Positions 40,811 to 50,319 of a stretch of DNA of 52,468 nt are shown here, piece by piece. Position 1 is the first letter of the stretch, and each line of letters opens with the position of its first letter. The DNA comes from Methylobacillus sp. GTDB taxonomy: Bacteria; Pseudomonadota; Gammaproteobacteria; Burkholderiales; Methylophilaceae. Made by a program: the position numbers and the translations under genes. Below the pieces are notes generated by a model. The model saw nothing but the letters and a program-made list of their open reading frames with translations, had not been told where the DNA came from and searched no databases. Location: the NCBI GenBank assembly GCA_037445085.1, contig JBBILG010000002.1, forward strand, positions 1 to 52,468. The letters run 5' to 3'.

Positions 40811-41236
40811 ATGCCAGTGAAAACCATCACGGCTGCGGCACAACGACGCGACGCCAGGTTGTTCAACATCTGCTCCTGCACGGCCGTGAGCCTGATGCCC
40901 TTCATCATTCCCACCCTGCTGTGGATCGCGGCATCGATTTTCGTGCATGCCTCCATCGCCCACCACCCCAACCAGCGCGTGCGCGATTTCCTGTATCCGG
41001 GTGGCTACCGCTTCTACGGGGCGATCGGCACGCTGGTGGTGGTGCTCAACTTCACCCCGCAGATGAGCAAGTGGGTGCCGGGCGTGCTGCCACTGGGGCT
41101 GCTCAATCTGCCGGTGTTCTGGGTGTGGGTGTGGGCGGCCGCCATTCTGGCGGTGATCCCCCTCGGCATCCGCGACATCCTGCGTGCCAGTCGGGAAGAC
41201 TGGCAGGACATGACGGTGGAGGTGGGGCATGCTTGA
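40811..41236 (+). CDS. Small polytopic membrane protein of unknown function, first gene of the bio operon
   Basis: 141 aa with 3-4 predicted TM segments ([19 protein letters not shown]; [12 protein letters not shown]; [21 protein letters not shown]). AGGAGA RBS. The 3' end overlaps the bioB start by 8 nt. Confidence 0.6.
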   Translation: MPVKTITAAAQRRDARLFNICSCTAVSLMPFIIPTLLWIAASIFVHASIAHHPNQRVRDFLYPGGYRFYGAIGTLVVVLNFTPQMSKWVPGVLPLGLLNLPVFWVWVWAAAILAVIPLGIRDILRASREDWQDMTVEVGHA

Positions 41237-42212
41237 ATCTGCCGTCGATTTCGTCAGGCCGGCCAGGGCCAGGCCAGCCGCGGAACGCTGGACGGTGGCC
41301 GCCATCGCCGAACTGTTCGAACTGCCGTTCAGTGACCTCGTCTATCGTGCGCAGACGGTACACCGTCAGCATTTCGATCCCAACGCGATACAGGTGAGCA
41401 CCCTGCTGTCGATCAAGACCGGGGGCTGCCCGGAAGATTGCGGCTACTGTCCGCAGTCGGCGCGCTACCACACCGGCGTGGACAACGAGGAACTGCTGGC
41501 GCTGGACGAGGTGGTCGTCGCGGCGCACGCCGCCAAGGCCAATGGCGCCTCGCGCTTCTGCATGGGTGCCGCCTGGCGTGGTCCCAGACAGCGCGACCTG
41601 GAGCCGGTGCTGAAAATGATCGCGGAAGTAAAGGCGCTCGGCCTGGAAACCTGCGCCACCCTGGGCATGCTCAGGGAAGGCCAGGCCGAGCAGTTGAAGC
41701 AGGCCGGCCTCGACTACTACAACCACAACCTCGACACTGCGCCGGAATTCTACGGCGAGGTCATCACCACCCGCACCTACCAGGACCGGCTGGATACCCT
41801 GGAGCGCGTGCGCGAGGCCGGCCTCCACGTCTGCTGCGGCGGCATCATCGGTATGGGCGAGTCGCGCGCCCAGCGTGCCGGCCTCATCGCCCAGCTCGCC
41901 AACATGGAGCGGCCACCGGAATCCGTGCCCATCAACCTGCTCACCCAGGTGGAAGGCACGCCGCGGAACGGTACCGAGGTGCTCGATCCCATCGAGTTCG
42001 TGCGTACCATCGCGGTTGCCCGCATCATCATGCCGCAAAGCCACGTGCGCCTGTCCGCGGGCCGCCAGAGCATGCCGGAAGCCCTGCAGGCGCTGTGCTT
42101 TATCGCCGGCGCCAATTCCGTCTTCTACGGCGAGAAGCTGCTCACCACCGACAACCCCGACGTGGAAGCAGACCGGGCGCTGTTCGCCAAACTGGGCATC
42201 CGGCCGGAATAG
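41229..42212 (+). CDS. bioB: Biotin synthase
   Basis: Radical-SAM motif [11 protein letters not shown] and the YNHNLDT motif. Confidence 0.95.
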   Translation: MLESAVDFVRPARARPAAERWTVAAIAELFELPFSDLVYRAQTVHRQHFDPNAIQVSTLLSIKTGGCPEDCGYCPQSARYHTGVDNEELLALDEVVVAAHAAKANGASRFCMGAAWRGPRQRDLEPVLKMIAEVKALGLETCATLGMLREGQAEQLKQAGLDYYNHNLDTAPEFYGEVITTRTYQDRLDTLERVREAGLHVCCGGIIGMGESRAQRAGLIAQLANMERPPESVPINLLTQVEGTPRNGTEVLDPIEFVRTIAVARIIMPQSHVRLSAGRQSMPEALQALCFIAGANSVFYGEKLLTTDNPDVEADRALFAKLGIRPE

Positions 42213-42291
42213 CATTGATCCTGGCCCCTGAGGGTTGAGCGCGCGGCATCGCCGCGCCGGGTATGGTTGCCCTGTGGCCTCCGTGTTCGCT

Positions 42292-43485
42292 GTGGCTAAA
42301 ACGATTTTGAATCCAGCCTCTCCTTTCCAGCCCTTGCAGCGGGAGCTCGCCAAGCGCGAAGCCGCCGGTCTGCTGCGCCGCCGCCGCGTCGCGGATGGCC
42401 CCCAGCAACCGCAATTGCGGGTCGACGGTGCACCGCTGCTGGCTTTCTGCAGCAACGACTACCTCGGTCTGGCGAGCCATCCCGCGCTGGTCGCCGCGTT
42501 GCAGCGGGCCGCCGCCGAACACGGCGTCGGCAGCGGCGCCTCGCACCTCATCAGCGGCCATCACCGCCTGCACGAGATGCTGGAAGCCGAGCTGGCGCGC
42601 TTCGTCGGCCTGCCGCGCGCCCTGCTGTTCTCCACCGGCTACCTGGCCAACCTCGGCGTGGTGGATGCGCTGGTCGGGCGCGACGATGCCGTGTTCGCCG
42701 ACCGCCTCAATCACGCCTCGCTCAACGACGCCGCCGTGCTCAGCCGGGCGCGCCTGCACCGCTATGCGCACGGCGACGTCGCCGCCCTGGAGCGGCTGCT
42801 CTCGCGCAGCACGGCGCGGCGCAAGCTGGTCATCAGCGATGCCGTGTTCAGCATGGACGGTGACATCGCCCCGCTGCCGCAACTGCTGCAAGCCTGCGAG
42901 CGTTTCGATGCCTGGCTGCTGCTCGACGACGCCCACGGTTTCGGCGTGTTGGGCGCACACGGACGCGGCACGCTGGAGCATTTCGGCGTGCACCATCCGC
43001 GCATCGTCTACATGGCCACCCTGGGCAAGGCCGCAGGGGTTGCCGGTGCCTTCGTCGCCGGCGACGCGGTGCTGGTGGAATACCTGTTGCAGCAAGCCCG
43101 CACCCATACCTACACCACTGCCGCACCGCCGGCGCTGTCCGCCGCGCTGCTGGCCGCTCTGCCCCTGATCGCCGAGGAGGTTTGGCGGCGCGACCGCCTG
43201 CAGGCGCTGAGCGGGCAACTGCGCGAGGGGCTGACGGGCCTGCGCTGGCGCCTCATGCCCTCCTCCACGCCCATCCAGCCGCTACTCGTCGGCTCCGGCG
43301 ACGAGGCGCTGCGCGTGAGCGCACACTTGCTGCGGGAAGGTTTGCTGGTGCCGGCGATTCGTCCGCCCACCGTGCCGCAGGGCACGGCGCGTCTGCGCAT
43401 CACGCTGTCCGCTGCGCACCGGCCCGAGCACGTCGCGCGGCTGGTCGACGCACTGCGCGCCGCCGCGGCCGGGCTGGCGCCATGA
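42292..43485 (+). CDS. bioF: 8-amino-7-oxononanoate synthase
   Basis: FCSNDYLGL and the PLP-lysine motif TLGKAAG. The start is uncertain (GTG 42292 chosen; TTG 42235 is the longest option). Confidence 0.88.
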   Translation: MAKTILNPASPFQPLQRELAKREAAGLLRRRRVADGPQQPQLRVDGAPLLAFCSNDYLGLASHPALVAALQRAAAEHGVGSGASHLISGHHRLHEMLEAELARFVGLPRALLFSTGYLANLGVVDALVGRDDAVFADRLNHASLNDAAVLSRARLHRYAHGDVAALERLLSRSTARRKLVISDAVFSMDGDIAPLPQLLQACERFDAWLLLDDAHGFGVLGAHGRGTLEHFGVHHPRIVYMATLGKAAGVAGAFVAGDAVLVEYLLQQARTHTYTTAAPPALSAALLAALPLIAEEVWRRDRLQALSGQLREGLTGLRWRLMPSSTPIQPLLVGSGDEALRVSAHLLREGLLVPAIRPPTVPQGTARLRITLSAAHRPEHVARLVDALRAAAAGLAP

Positions 43486-44246
43486 GCCTGCACGTGGCCA
43501 GCGCCGGACAGGGGCGCGACCTCGTCCTCATCCATGGCTGGGGCATGCACGGCGGCGTGTGGCAGGACGTCGCCCATGCCCTGGCGCCGCATTGCCGCGT
43601 GCATGCGGTGGATTTGCCCGGTATGGGCGACAGCCCGCCGTGCCGGCCCGGCACGGCGGCGCAGGTGATGGCGGAACTCATCGGCGTGCTGCCGGAACGG
43701 GCCACCGTATGCGGCTGGTCGCTGGGTGGCCAGCTCGCCATGCGGTTGGCCCTGCAATGCCCCGAGCGGGTGGGGCGGCTGGTGCTGGTCGGCGCCACGC
43801 CGCGCTTCGTCAACGGCGACGGCTGGGAGCACGGTGTGACCGCCGCGGTGTTCCGCGAGTTCGCGGCGCAGGTCATGCAGGACCCTGCCGCCGCCATGGG
43901 CCGCTTCCTGTCGTTGCAGGCCATGGGCGGCACATCCTCGCGCGAACTGATTCGTGCGCTGCGCGCGCGCTTCGCGCTGAAACCGGCGCTGCACCGCGAG
44001 GCACTGCAGGCCGCGCTGGACATGCTGCTGGAAGCCGACCTGCGGGACGCCGTTGCCGGCATGGCCCAGCCTGCCCTGGTGCTGCACGGCGAGCGCGACA
44101 CGCTGGCGCCGGTGGCGGCGGCGCGCTGGCTGGCAGCGCGCCTGCCGCAGGCGCAACTCGCCGTCATCGGAGGAGCCTCGCACGCGCCCTTCCTGTCGCA
44201 TCCGGTGGCGTTCGTGGCGCGGCTGCGGGCATTTCTGGAGTCATGA
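43482..44246 (+). CDS. bioH: Pimeloyl-ACP methyl ester carboxylesterase
   Basis: Alpha/beta hydrolase: LVLIHGWG, nucleophile elbow GWSLGG and C-terminal ASHAPF. ATGA overlap with bioF. Confidence 0.8.
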   Translation: MSLHVASAGQGRDLVLIHGWGMHGGVWQDVAHALAPHCRVHAVDLPGMGDSPPCRPGTAAQVMAELIGVLPERATVCGWSLGGQLAMRLALQCPERVGRLVLVGATPRFVNGDGWEHGVTAAVFREFAAQVMQDPAAAMGRFLSLQAMGGTSSRELIRALRARFALKPALHREALQAALDMLLEADLRDAVAGMAQPALVLHGERDTLAPVAAARWLAARLPQAQLAVIGGASHAPFLSHPVAFVARLRAFLES

Positions 44247-45124
44247 TGGACCTCTATCACATCGACAAGGCGCGCGTGCGTGCTTCCTTCGACCGTGCCG
44301 CGCCGCACTACGATGCCACCGCCGTGCTGCAGCGGGAGGTGCGCGAGCGCATGCTGGCACGGCTCGACTATCTCACCATCGCCCCGCGCGACATCCTCGA
44401 TGCCGGTTCCGGCACCGGTCATGCCGCACGCGCGCTGGCGGCGCGTTACAAGGACAGTCGCGTCGTCGCGCTGGACATCGCCATGGGCATGCTGCGCGAG
44501 AGCCGCGCCCGGCTGCCGTGGTGGTGGCGACTGCTGGGAGGGGACGGCCCGGCCGTCTGTGGTGATCTGGAGCGCCTGCCACTGGCCGCGACCAGCATCG
44601 ACATGGTGTGGTCCAATCTCGCCCTGCAGTGGTGCAACGATCTCGATGCCACTTTCAGCGGTCTTGCGCGCGTGTTGCGTCCGGGCGGCCTCTTCATGTT
44701 CAGCACCTTTGGACCGGACACCCTGAAGGAGCTGCGCAAGGCGAGCGCGGTGGATCCCGGCCACGTGCACGTCAGTCGCTTCATCGACATGCACGACATC
44801 GGCGATGCCCTGGTGCGCGCCGGTTTCGGCGCTCCGGTGCTGGACGTGGAACATTTCGTGCTGACCTACGACGACGTGCTGGGCGTGATGCGCGACCTCA
44901 AGGCCATCGGCGCGCACAACGCCGCCGCGGGGCGCCGCCGCGGGCTGGAAGGCAAGGGATTCCTGCGCGGCCTGGCCGAGCGTTATGAGGCGTTCCGCCG
45001 CGACGGCAAGCTGCCGGCGACCTTCGAGGTGGTCTACGGCCACGCCTGGAAGCCGGAATCCGGCGGCGTGCACCAGTCCGATGGCAGCGTTCCGGTCACG
45101 CTATACCGCAGGAGCAGGACATGA
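44243..45124 (+). CDS. bioC: Malonyl-ACP O-methyltransferase
   Basis: SAM-binding motif ILDAGSGTG, in bio operon context. Overlaps the bioH stop. Confidence 0.85.
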   Translation: MMDLYHIDKARVRASFDRAAPHYDATAVLQREVRERMLARLDYLTIAPRDILDAGSGTGHAARALAARYKDSRVVALDIAMGMLRESRARLPWWWRLLGGDGPAVCGDLERLPLAATSIDMVWSNLALQWCNDLDATFSGLARVLRPGGLFMFSTFGPDTLKELRKASAVDPGHVHVSRFIDMHDIGDALVRAGFGAPVLDVEHFVLTYDDVLGVMRDLKAIGAHNAAAGRRRGLEGKGFLRGLAERYEAFRRDGKLPATFEVVYGHAWKPESGGVHQSDGSVPVTLYRRSRT

Positions 45125-45882
45125 GTCATGCCGTCTTCGTCACCGGCACCGACACCGGTGTCGGCAAGACCCTGGTGAGCGCGGCCCTGGTGCATGCCGC
45201 TGCGATGCGGGGGCTCTCCAGCGCCGGCATGAAGCCGGTGGCCTCCGGCTGCTGGCGCGAACACGGCCGGTTGCTCTCCGAGGATGCCGAACTGCTGCGC
45301 GCGGCGAGCGGCGGGCGGCTCGTCGACGGGCTCGTCAACCTGTATGCGTTTGAGCCGCCGGTGGCGCCGCACATCGCCGCGCGACAGGCCGGCGTTGCCA
45401 TCGATGCGGAGGTCATCCGCGAGGCGGTCGGCCAGGCGCGGCAGGCGCTCGACTTTTTGGTGGTGGAAGGGGTGGGCGGCTTCCGCGTGCCACTCGACGC
45501 GAAGCGGGATACCGCGGATCTCGTCCGCCTGCTCGACCTGCCCTTGGTGCTGGTGGTCGGCCTGCGTCTGGGCTGCATCAACCATGCCCTGCTGACGGCC
45601 GAGGCCATCGCCGCGCGCGGCCTGCGGCTCGCCGGCTGGGTGGGCAACCGCGTCGATGCGCACATGCCGGTCGCCGACGAGAACATCGAGACGTTGCGGG
45701 CCATGCTGCCGGCTCCCTGCCTGGGGCTGGTACCCCATCTTCCCGTGCCTGACGATTTCCGCACCGCCGCGCAGGCGCTGGACATCGGGCCGCTGTTGCA
45801 TGCGCCGGCCGATCACCCCCCAATCAAAACCCCCAATAAAAAGGTTGGCGCCCGGCCAAAAATGGATAAAATGCCGTGCTAG
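45121..45882 (+). CDS. bioD: Dethiobiotin synthetase
   Basis: P-loop GTDTGVGKT and MKPVASG motif. Overlaps the bioC stop. Confidence 0.9.
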   Translation: MSHAVFVTGTDTGVGKTLVSAALVHAAAMRGLSSAGMKPVASGCWREHGRLLSEDAELLRAASGGRLVDGLVNLYAFEPPVAPHIAARQAGVAIDAEVIREAVGQARQALDFLVVEGVGGFRVPLDAKRDTADLVRLLDLPLVLVVGLRLGCINHALLTAEAIAARGLRLAGWVGNRVDAHMPVADENIETLRAMLPAPCLGLVPHLPVPDDFRTAAQALDIGPLLHAPADHPPIKTPNKKVGARPKMDKMPC

Positions 45883-45944
45883 GCGCGCGCCCGCGCGCGC
45901 CATTTTCCGCAGATAACGACAAACTGCTGCAACGACGGACGGCC

Positions 45945-47108
45945 ATGAACATCAACATCCTGGAAAAGATAGTACAGCGCTTCAACCTAAAGAAGCAGTT
46001 CCTGATCCTTTCCTTCCTGGTAGCGATCGGGTTGACCGTAATGTATTTCAACAACACCCTGCCGGTATTCATCACTTTCCTGGTACTCAATGCGCTCACC
46101 GCGCTGTGGTTCGGCATCCGTTCCGCGCGCCGTGCCGAGGCCATCGCGCGCAACCTGCAGACCATTGCCTCGGGCGATCTGTCGATCAAGTTCAAGCTGG
46201 ACGGCATCGACGATTTTGCCTGGATGGCGTATGAATCCGACACCGCGCGGCGCGGCGTGTCCAAGCTGATCGGCGGCGTCACCGCCACCTCGCACGAGCT
46301 GGGGGCGGCCGCCGACCAGATGAGCGCCACCGCCCTGCGCACCAAGGAAGCCATCGCCAGACAGGGCGAACACACCCATCAGATCGCCGCCAGCATCCTG
46401 CAGCTTGCCAGCCAGGTGAAGGAGGTGTCGGCCAAGGCGGCCCAGGTCGCGGATTTCGCCAAGGAGGCCAACAATGCCGCGGTCGGCGGCAGCAAGGTGG
46501 TGGGCGAGACCATACGCTCGCTGGAGACCATCTCCAACGACGTGCAGGGCATCGCCGCTTCCATCACCTCTTTGCAGGACGAAATCAACAAGATCAGCTC
46601 GGTCATGCAGGTAATCCGCGACATTTCCGAACAGACCAATCTGCTCGCGCTGAACGCTGCCATCGAGGCGGCGCGCGCCGGCGAGGCCGGGCGTGGCTTC
46701 GCCGTGGTGGCGGACGAGGTGCGCAACCTGTCGCAACGCACCAGCAAGTCCACCGAGGAGATCACCCAGATCATCACCTCGCTGCAGGGCAAGTCGGCCC
46801 AGGTGGCGCGCACCGTGGCGGAAAAACAGCAGGATGCCAATGCTGCCGCCAGCAGCGCCAAGGCCGCGGAGAATGCGCTCAATGGCATCGTCGACGCGGT
46901 GCAGGAAATCGTCACCATGTCCGATACCATCGCGACCCTGACCGCCCATCAGGAAGCCGCCGCCAGCGGCATCACCGAGGCGGTGACCTACATCGAGGGC
47001 CTGTCCAGGCAGAATGCGGAGGAGGCCAACGTCTTCCACAGCATGTCGCAGGAACTCAGCCAGAAGGCGGGCGGCCTCAACGAACTGGTGTCCAAGTTCA
47101 AGGTGTGA
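45945..47108 (+). CDS. Methyl-accepting chemotaxis protein without a periplasmic ligand-binding domain
   Basis: Two TM segments separated by about 5 residues, a HAMP domain, and the signalling hairpin [38 protein letters not shown]. Trimmed to the ATG at 45945. Confidence 0.9.
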   Translation: MNINILEKIVQRFNLKKQFLILSFLVAIGLTVMYFNNTLPVFITFLVLNALTALWFGIRSARRAEAIARNLQTIASGDLSIKFKLDGIDDFAWMAYESDTARRGVSKLIGGVTATSHELGAAADQMSATALRTKEAIARQGEHTHQIAASILQLASQVKEVSAKAAQVADFAKEANNAAVGGSKVVGETIRSLETISNDVQGIAASITSLQDEINKISSVMQVIRDISEQTNLLALNAAIEAARAGEAGRGFAVVADEVRNLSQRTSKSTEEITQIITSLQGKSAQVARTVAEKQQDANAAASSAKAAENALNGIVDAVQEIVTMSDTIATLTAHQEAAASGITEAVTYIEGLSRQNAEEANVFHSMSQELSQKAGGLNELVSKFKV

Positions 47109-47545
47109 GATCCCGTGCGAAGGCGGAAAAAAAACGGCAGCCCGGGCTGCCGTTTTTTTTCCGCCTTCGCGGCCTGCACCGGGATGGCGTTGCTCCTGCT
47201 CTTGATGCGGTTGCGCGCGTCCACGTAGACCAGTTCGGGCTTGAACTTTCCCAGCTCCAGCTCGCTGTAGGCGGCATAGGTGCAGATGATGAGAATGTCG
47301 CCGGGCGCGGCCTTGCGGGCCGCGGCGCCATTGACCGAGATGATGCCGGAGTCGCGCCGGGCGCGGATGGCGTAGGTGGTGAAGCGCTCGCCGTTGTTGA
47401 CGTTGTAGATCTCGATCTGCTGATACTCGCGGATGTCGGCCGCTTCCAGCAGCGCTTCGTCGATGGCGCACGAACCCTCGTATTCCAGCTCGGCGTGCGT
47501 CACGCGCACCCGGTGCAGCTTGGACTTGAGCATGGTTCTTTGCAT
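46988..47545 (-). CDS. panD: Aspartate 1-decarboxylase with an abnormal 61-aa C-terminal read-through extension
   Basis: [29 protein letters not shown] (Gly-Ser self-processing site) ...AIPVQAA. No stop follows; the frame stays open through the palindrome to the TAG at 46988-46990. Confidence 0.85.
   Translation of the reverse strand: MQRTMLKSKLHRVRVTHAELEYEGSCAIDEALLEAADIREYQQIEIYNVNNGERFTTYAIRARRDSGIISVNGAAARKAAPGDILIICTYAAYSELELGKFKPELVYVDARNRIKSRSNAIPVQAAKAEKKRQPGLPFFFRLRTGSHTLNLDTSSLRPPAFWLSSCDMLWKTLASSAFCLDRPSM
47117..47170. terminator. Perfect 54-bp palindrome; bidirectional rho-independent terminator between the MCP gene and panD
   Basis: GCGAAGGCGG-A8-CGGCAGCC|CGGGCTGCCG-T8-CCGCCTTCGC. 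The GC stem is flanked by A8/T8, so each strand sees a hairpin followed by a U-run. Confidence 0.7.
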
Positions 47546-47583
47546 GGCTGCATGTATCCCGTTGATGCAAAAAAGGAAGTGAA

Positions 47584-48414
47584 TTATACCGCAAACTCGA
47601 TGTTGTCGATGAGGCGGGTGCGCCCCAGGCGGGCGGCGCCGAGGACGACGAGCCGGCGTTCGCCGGCGGCAGGGGGCAGCAGCGTATCCGCGCTGCGCAC
47701 CGAGATGTAGTCCACGCTCCAGCCGGAACGGGCGAGGGCGTGCACGGCCTGCGCCTCGATGGCGGCGAAATCGCGGCCGCCGCTGCGGACGGCCTCTGCC
47801 ACCTGCTGCAGCGTGCGGTAGAGACGCGGCGCCTCGCGACGCTCGTCCGCACCGAGGTAGCCGTTGCGCGAACTCATGGCCAGCCCGTCCGCCTCGCGCA
47901 CCGTGTCGCCGGCCGCGATCTCCACCGGGAATGCCAGTTGTCGCACCATCTCGCGCAGGATGAAGAGCTGCTGGAAATCCTTGCGGCCGAACACCGCCAC
48001 CTGCGGCTGCACCATGTTGAACAGCTTGGCCACCACCGTGCACACGCCGGCGAAGTGGCCGGGCCGGTACGCGCCGCACAGATCGTCGGCGATGGCGGGC
48101 GGCCGCACCAGCACGGTCTGCGGAGTCGGGCAGAGTTCGGCCTCGCTCGGTGCGAACACCACGTCGCAATCGGCCGCCGCCAGCCTGTCGCAATCGGCCG
48201 CGAGCGTGCGCGGGTAGCTCGCCAGATCTTCGCTGACGCCGAACTGCAAGGGGTTGACGAAGATGCTGGCCACCACCGTGTCGCCGAGCCCGCGCGCCTG
48301 CCGTACCAGTGAAATGTGGCCGTCGTGCAGGTTGCCCATGGTGGGCACGAAGGCGATGCGGCCGGCTTCCCGCAGCCGTGCACGCAATGCGATGGCGGTC
48401 GTCATGAGGTCCAT
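47584..48414 (-). CDS. panC: Pantoate--beta-alanine ligase
   Basis: [10 protein letters not shown] motif and SSRN motif. The ATG shares 1 nt with the panB stop. Confidence 0.93.
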   Translation of the reverse strand: MDLMTTAIALRARLREAGRIAFVPTMGNLHDGHISLVRQARGLGDTVVASIFVNPLQFGVSEDLASYPRTLAADCDRLAAADCDVVFAPSEAELCPTPQTVLVRPPAIADDLCGAYRPGHFAGVCTVVAKLFNMVQPQVAVFGRKDFQQLFILREMVRQLAFPVEIAAGDTVREADGLAMSSRNGYLGADERREAPRLYRTLQQVAEAVRSGGRDFAAIEAQAVHALARSGWSVDYISVRSADTLLPPAAGERRLVVLGAARLGRTRLIDNIEFAV

Positions 48415-49190
48415 CAGAAGCAGTGCTCCGCCGCCGGGAAGCCGCGTTCCTTCACCGCCCGCACGTAAGCCGCCAGTGCCGCCTGCACGCTGCCCGCATC
48501 CCGCAGGAAATTGCGCGCGAAGCGCGGCGTCCGGCCGGGGTAGATGCCCAGCATGTCGTGCAGCACCAGCACCTGGCCGGAGCAGTCGGGTCCGGCGCCA
48601 ATGCCGATGGTGGGGATGGCCAGGGACTCGGTCACTTGCCGGGCCAGGGCGGCCGGAACCATTTCCAGCACCAGCAGGGTGGCGCCGGCTTCCTGCAGCG
48701 CCAGGGCATCGGCGAGGATGCGCCGGGCGCTCGTTTCGTCGCGCCCCTGCACCTTGTAGCCGCCCAGTTCGTGCACCGATTGCGGGGTGAAGCCGAGATG
48801 ACCGCACACCGGGATGCCGTGCGCCGTGAGCGCGCGCACCACATCGGCCTTGCCGCCTTCCAGCTTGACCATGTGCGCACCGCTCGCCAGCAGCCGGCGC
48901 GCGTTGTCCAGGGCCCGGGCCGGGTCGGCGTCGCTGGCCCAGGGCATGTCTGTCACGATGGGCGCGCGCCGGCCGCCGGCCGCCACGCAACGGGTGTGGT
49001 AGCACATATCCTGCATGCTCACGCCCAAGGTGTCCGGCGCGCCCTGCAGCACCATGCCCAGTGAGTCGCCCACCAGCAGCACGTCCACGCCAGCCTGCTC
49101 CATGAGCGTGGCGAAGCTGGCGTCATAGCAGGTGAGCGCGGCGATCTTCTCGCCGCCTGCCCGCATTCTCGCGAGGTCGTCCAGGGTCAT
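48414..49190 (-). CDS. panB: 3-methyl-2-oxobutanoate hydroxymethyltransferase
   Basis: [17 protein letters not shown] and KLEGG motifs. Confidence 0.95.
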   Translation of the reverse strand: MTLDDLARMRAGGEKIAALTCYDASFATLMEQAGVDVLLVGDSLGMVLQGAPDTLGVSMQDMCYHTRCVAAGGRRAPIVTDMPWASDADPARALDNARRLLASGAHMVKLEGGKADVVRALTAHGIPVCGHLGFTPQSVHELGGYKVQGRDETSARRILADALALQEAGATLLVLEMVPAALARQVTESLAIPTIGIGAGPDCSGQVLVLHDMLGIYPGRTPRFARNFLRDAGSVQAALAAYVRAVKERGFPAAEHCF

Positions 49191-49837
49191 GCCGCCATTC
49201 TCGGGTTGAAATACTCGCGGCGTCCGCGCACGTTCTCGATGCGTTGCAGTAGCAGGTCGAGCGCCTCCTCGCTGCTCGCGCAGTCGAGGTATTCGTTGTT
49301 GACGATGAGCAGCGGGGCGGCGTCATAGTGGTGGAAGAAATCGCTGTAGATTTCCGCAAGGCGCGCCAGGTAGCCGTGCGAGATGGATTGCTCATAGGCG
49401 ATGCTGCGCTTCTCCACCCGTTTCACGAGGGTCTCCACCGGCGTCTGCAGATAGATCACCAGGTCCGGCGTGGTGGCTTGCAGTTCGAGGTGCTGGTAGA
49501 TCCGCCGGTAGAGCGCGTATTCCTCGTCGTTGAGGTTAAGGCGGGCGAACAGCGGATCCTTTTCCAGGAAGAAATCGGCGATGGTGGTGCGACCGAACAG
49601 GTCGCGCTGGGACAGCGCGCGCACCTGCCCGGCACGCTGGAACAGGAAGAACAACTGCGTGGGCAGGGCGTAGCGCGCGGCATCCTGGTAGAAACGCGGC
49701 AGGAAGGGGTTGGCGCCGGCGTCCTCCAGCAGCAGGTCCACGTCGAAGCGTTCCCCCAGCTTCCTCGCCAAGGTCGTCTTGCCGCTGCCTATGGGCCCCT
49801 CGATGACGATGTAGGGGTATCGTTTCGTGAGGCTCAT
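49187..49837 (-). CDS. Deoxynucleoside kinase family protein
   Basis: P-loop IVIEGPIGSGKTTLA and dNK-type motifs (NPFLPRFY, DRS-like). ATGA overlaps on both sides. Confidence 0.8.
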   Translation of the reverse strand: MSLTKRYPYIVIEGPIGSGKTTLARKLGERFDVDLLLEDAGANPFLPRFYQDAARYALPTQLFFLFQRAGQVRALSQRDLFGRTTIADFFLEKDPLFARLNLNDEEYALYRRIYQHLELQATTPDLVIYLQTPVETLVKRVEKRSIAYEQSISHGYLARLAEIYSDFFHHYDAAPLLIVNNEYLDCASSEEALDLLLQRIENVRGRREYFNPRMAA

Positions 49838-50319
49838 GCGGCCAGTTTCTCCACGCCCTGGCCGGCGCACCGCTGCGCCAGCTCGCCCACCGGGCCACGG
49901 CCGGGGATGATCAGCTCCGGGGCGATTTCCATGAGCGGCAGCAGCACGAAGCCACGCTCGTGCATGCGCGGGTGCGGCAGGGTGAGGGTATCGTCCCGGA
50001 GCGCCAGGTCGTCCATCATGAGCAGGTCGAGGTCCAGCACGCGCGGCGCGTCGGGGAACGGCCGTTCGCGGCCGTGGGCGACTTCCAGCGCCAGCAGCCG
50101 GCGCAGCAGTTCGTGCGGCGCAAGCCGCGTGCACACTTCGGCGACCGCGTTGATGAAGTCGGGCTGGTCAGCGTAGCCCACCGGCGCGGTACGGTACAGC
50201 GAGGAGCGCGCAACCGCCCGGGTGCCCGGCAGCGCGTCCAGTTCCCTGAGGGCGCGCAGCACCTGTTGGCGGGGGTCGTGCAGGTTGCTGCCCAGCGCGA
50301 TGAAAGCGCGATGGCTCAT
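49834..50319 (-). CDS. folK: 2-amino-4-hydroxy-6-hydroxymethyldihydropteridine diphosphokinase
   Basis: AFIALGSNL, RWGPR-like region (RERPFPDAPRVLDLDLL) and LPHPRMHERGFVL motifs. Confidence 0.9.
   Translation of the reverse strand: MSHRAFIALGSNLHDPRQQVLRALRELDALPGTRAVARSSLYRTAPVGYADQPDFINAVAEVCTRLAPHELLRRLLALEVAHGRERPFPDAPRVLDLDLLMMDDLALRDDTLTLPHPRMHERGFVLLPLMEIAPELIIPGRGPVGELAQRCAGQGVEKLAA

Noticed and set aside
45876-45944. Longer start for the MCP gene overlapping bioD (track ORF from 45876).
   Set aside because: The upstream 23 codons are Arg/Ala-rich and overlap the bioD stop. The ATG at 45945 immediately precedes the first TM segment and fits MCP architecture.
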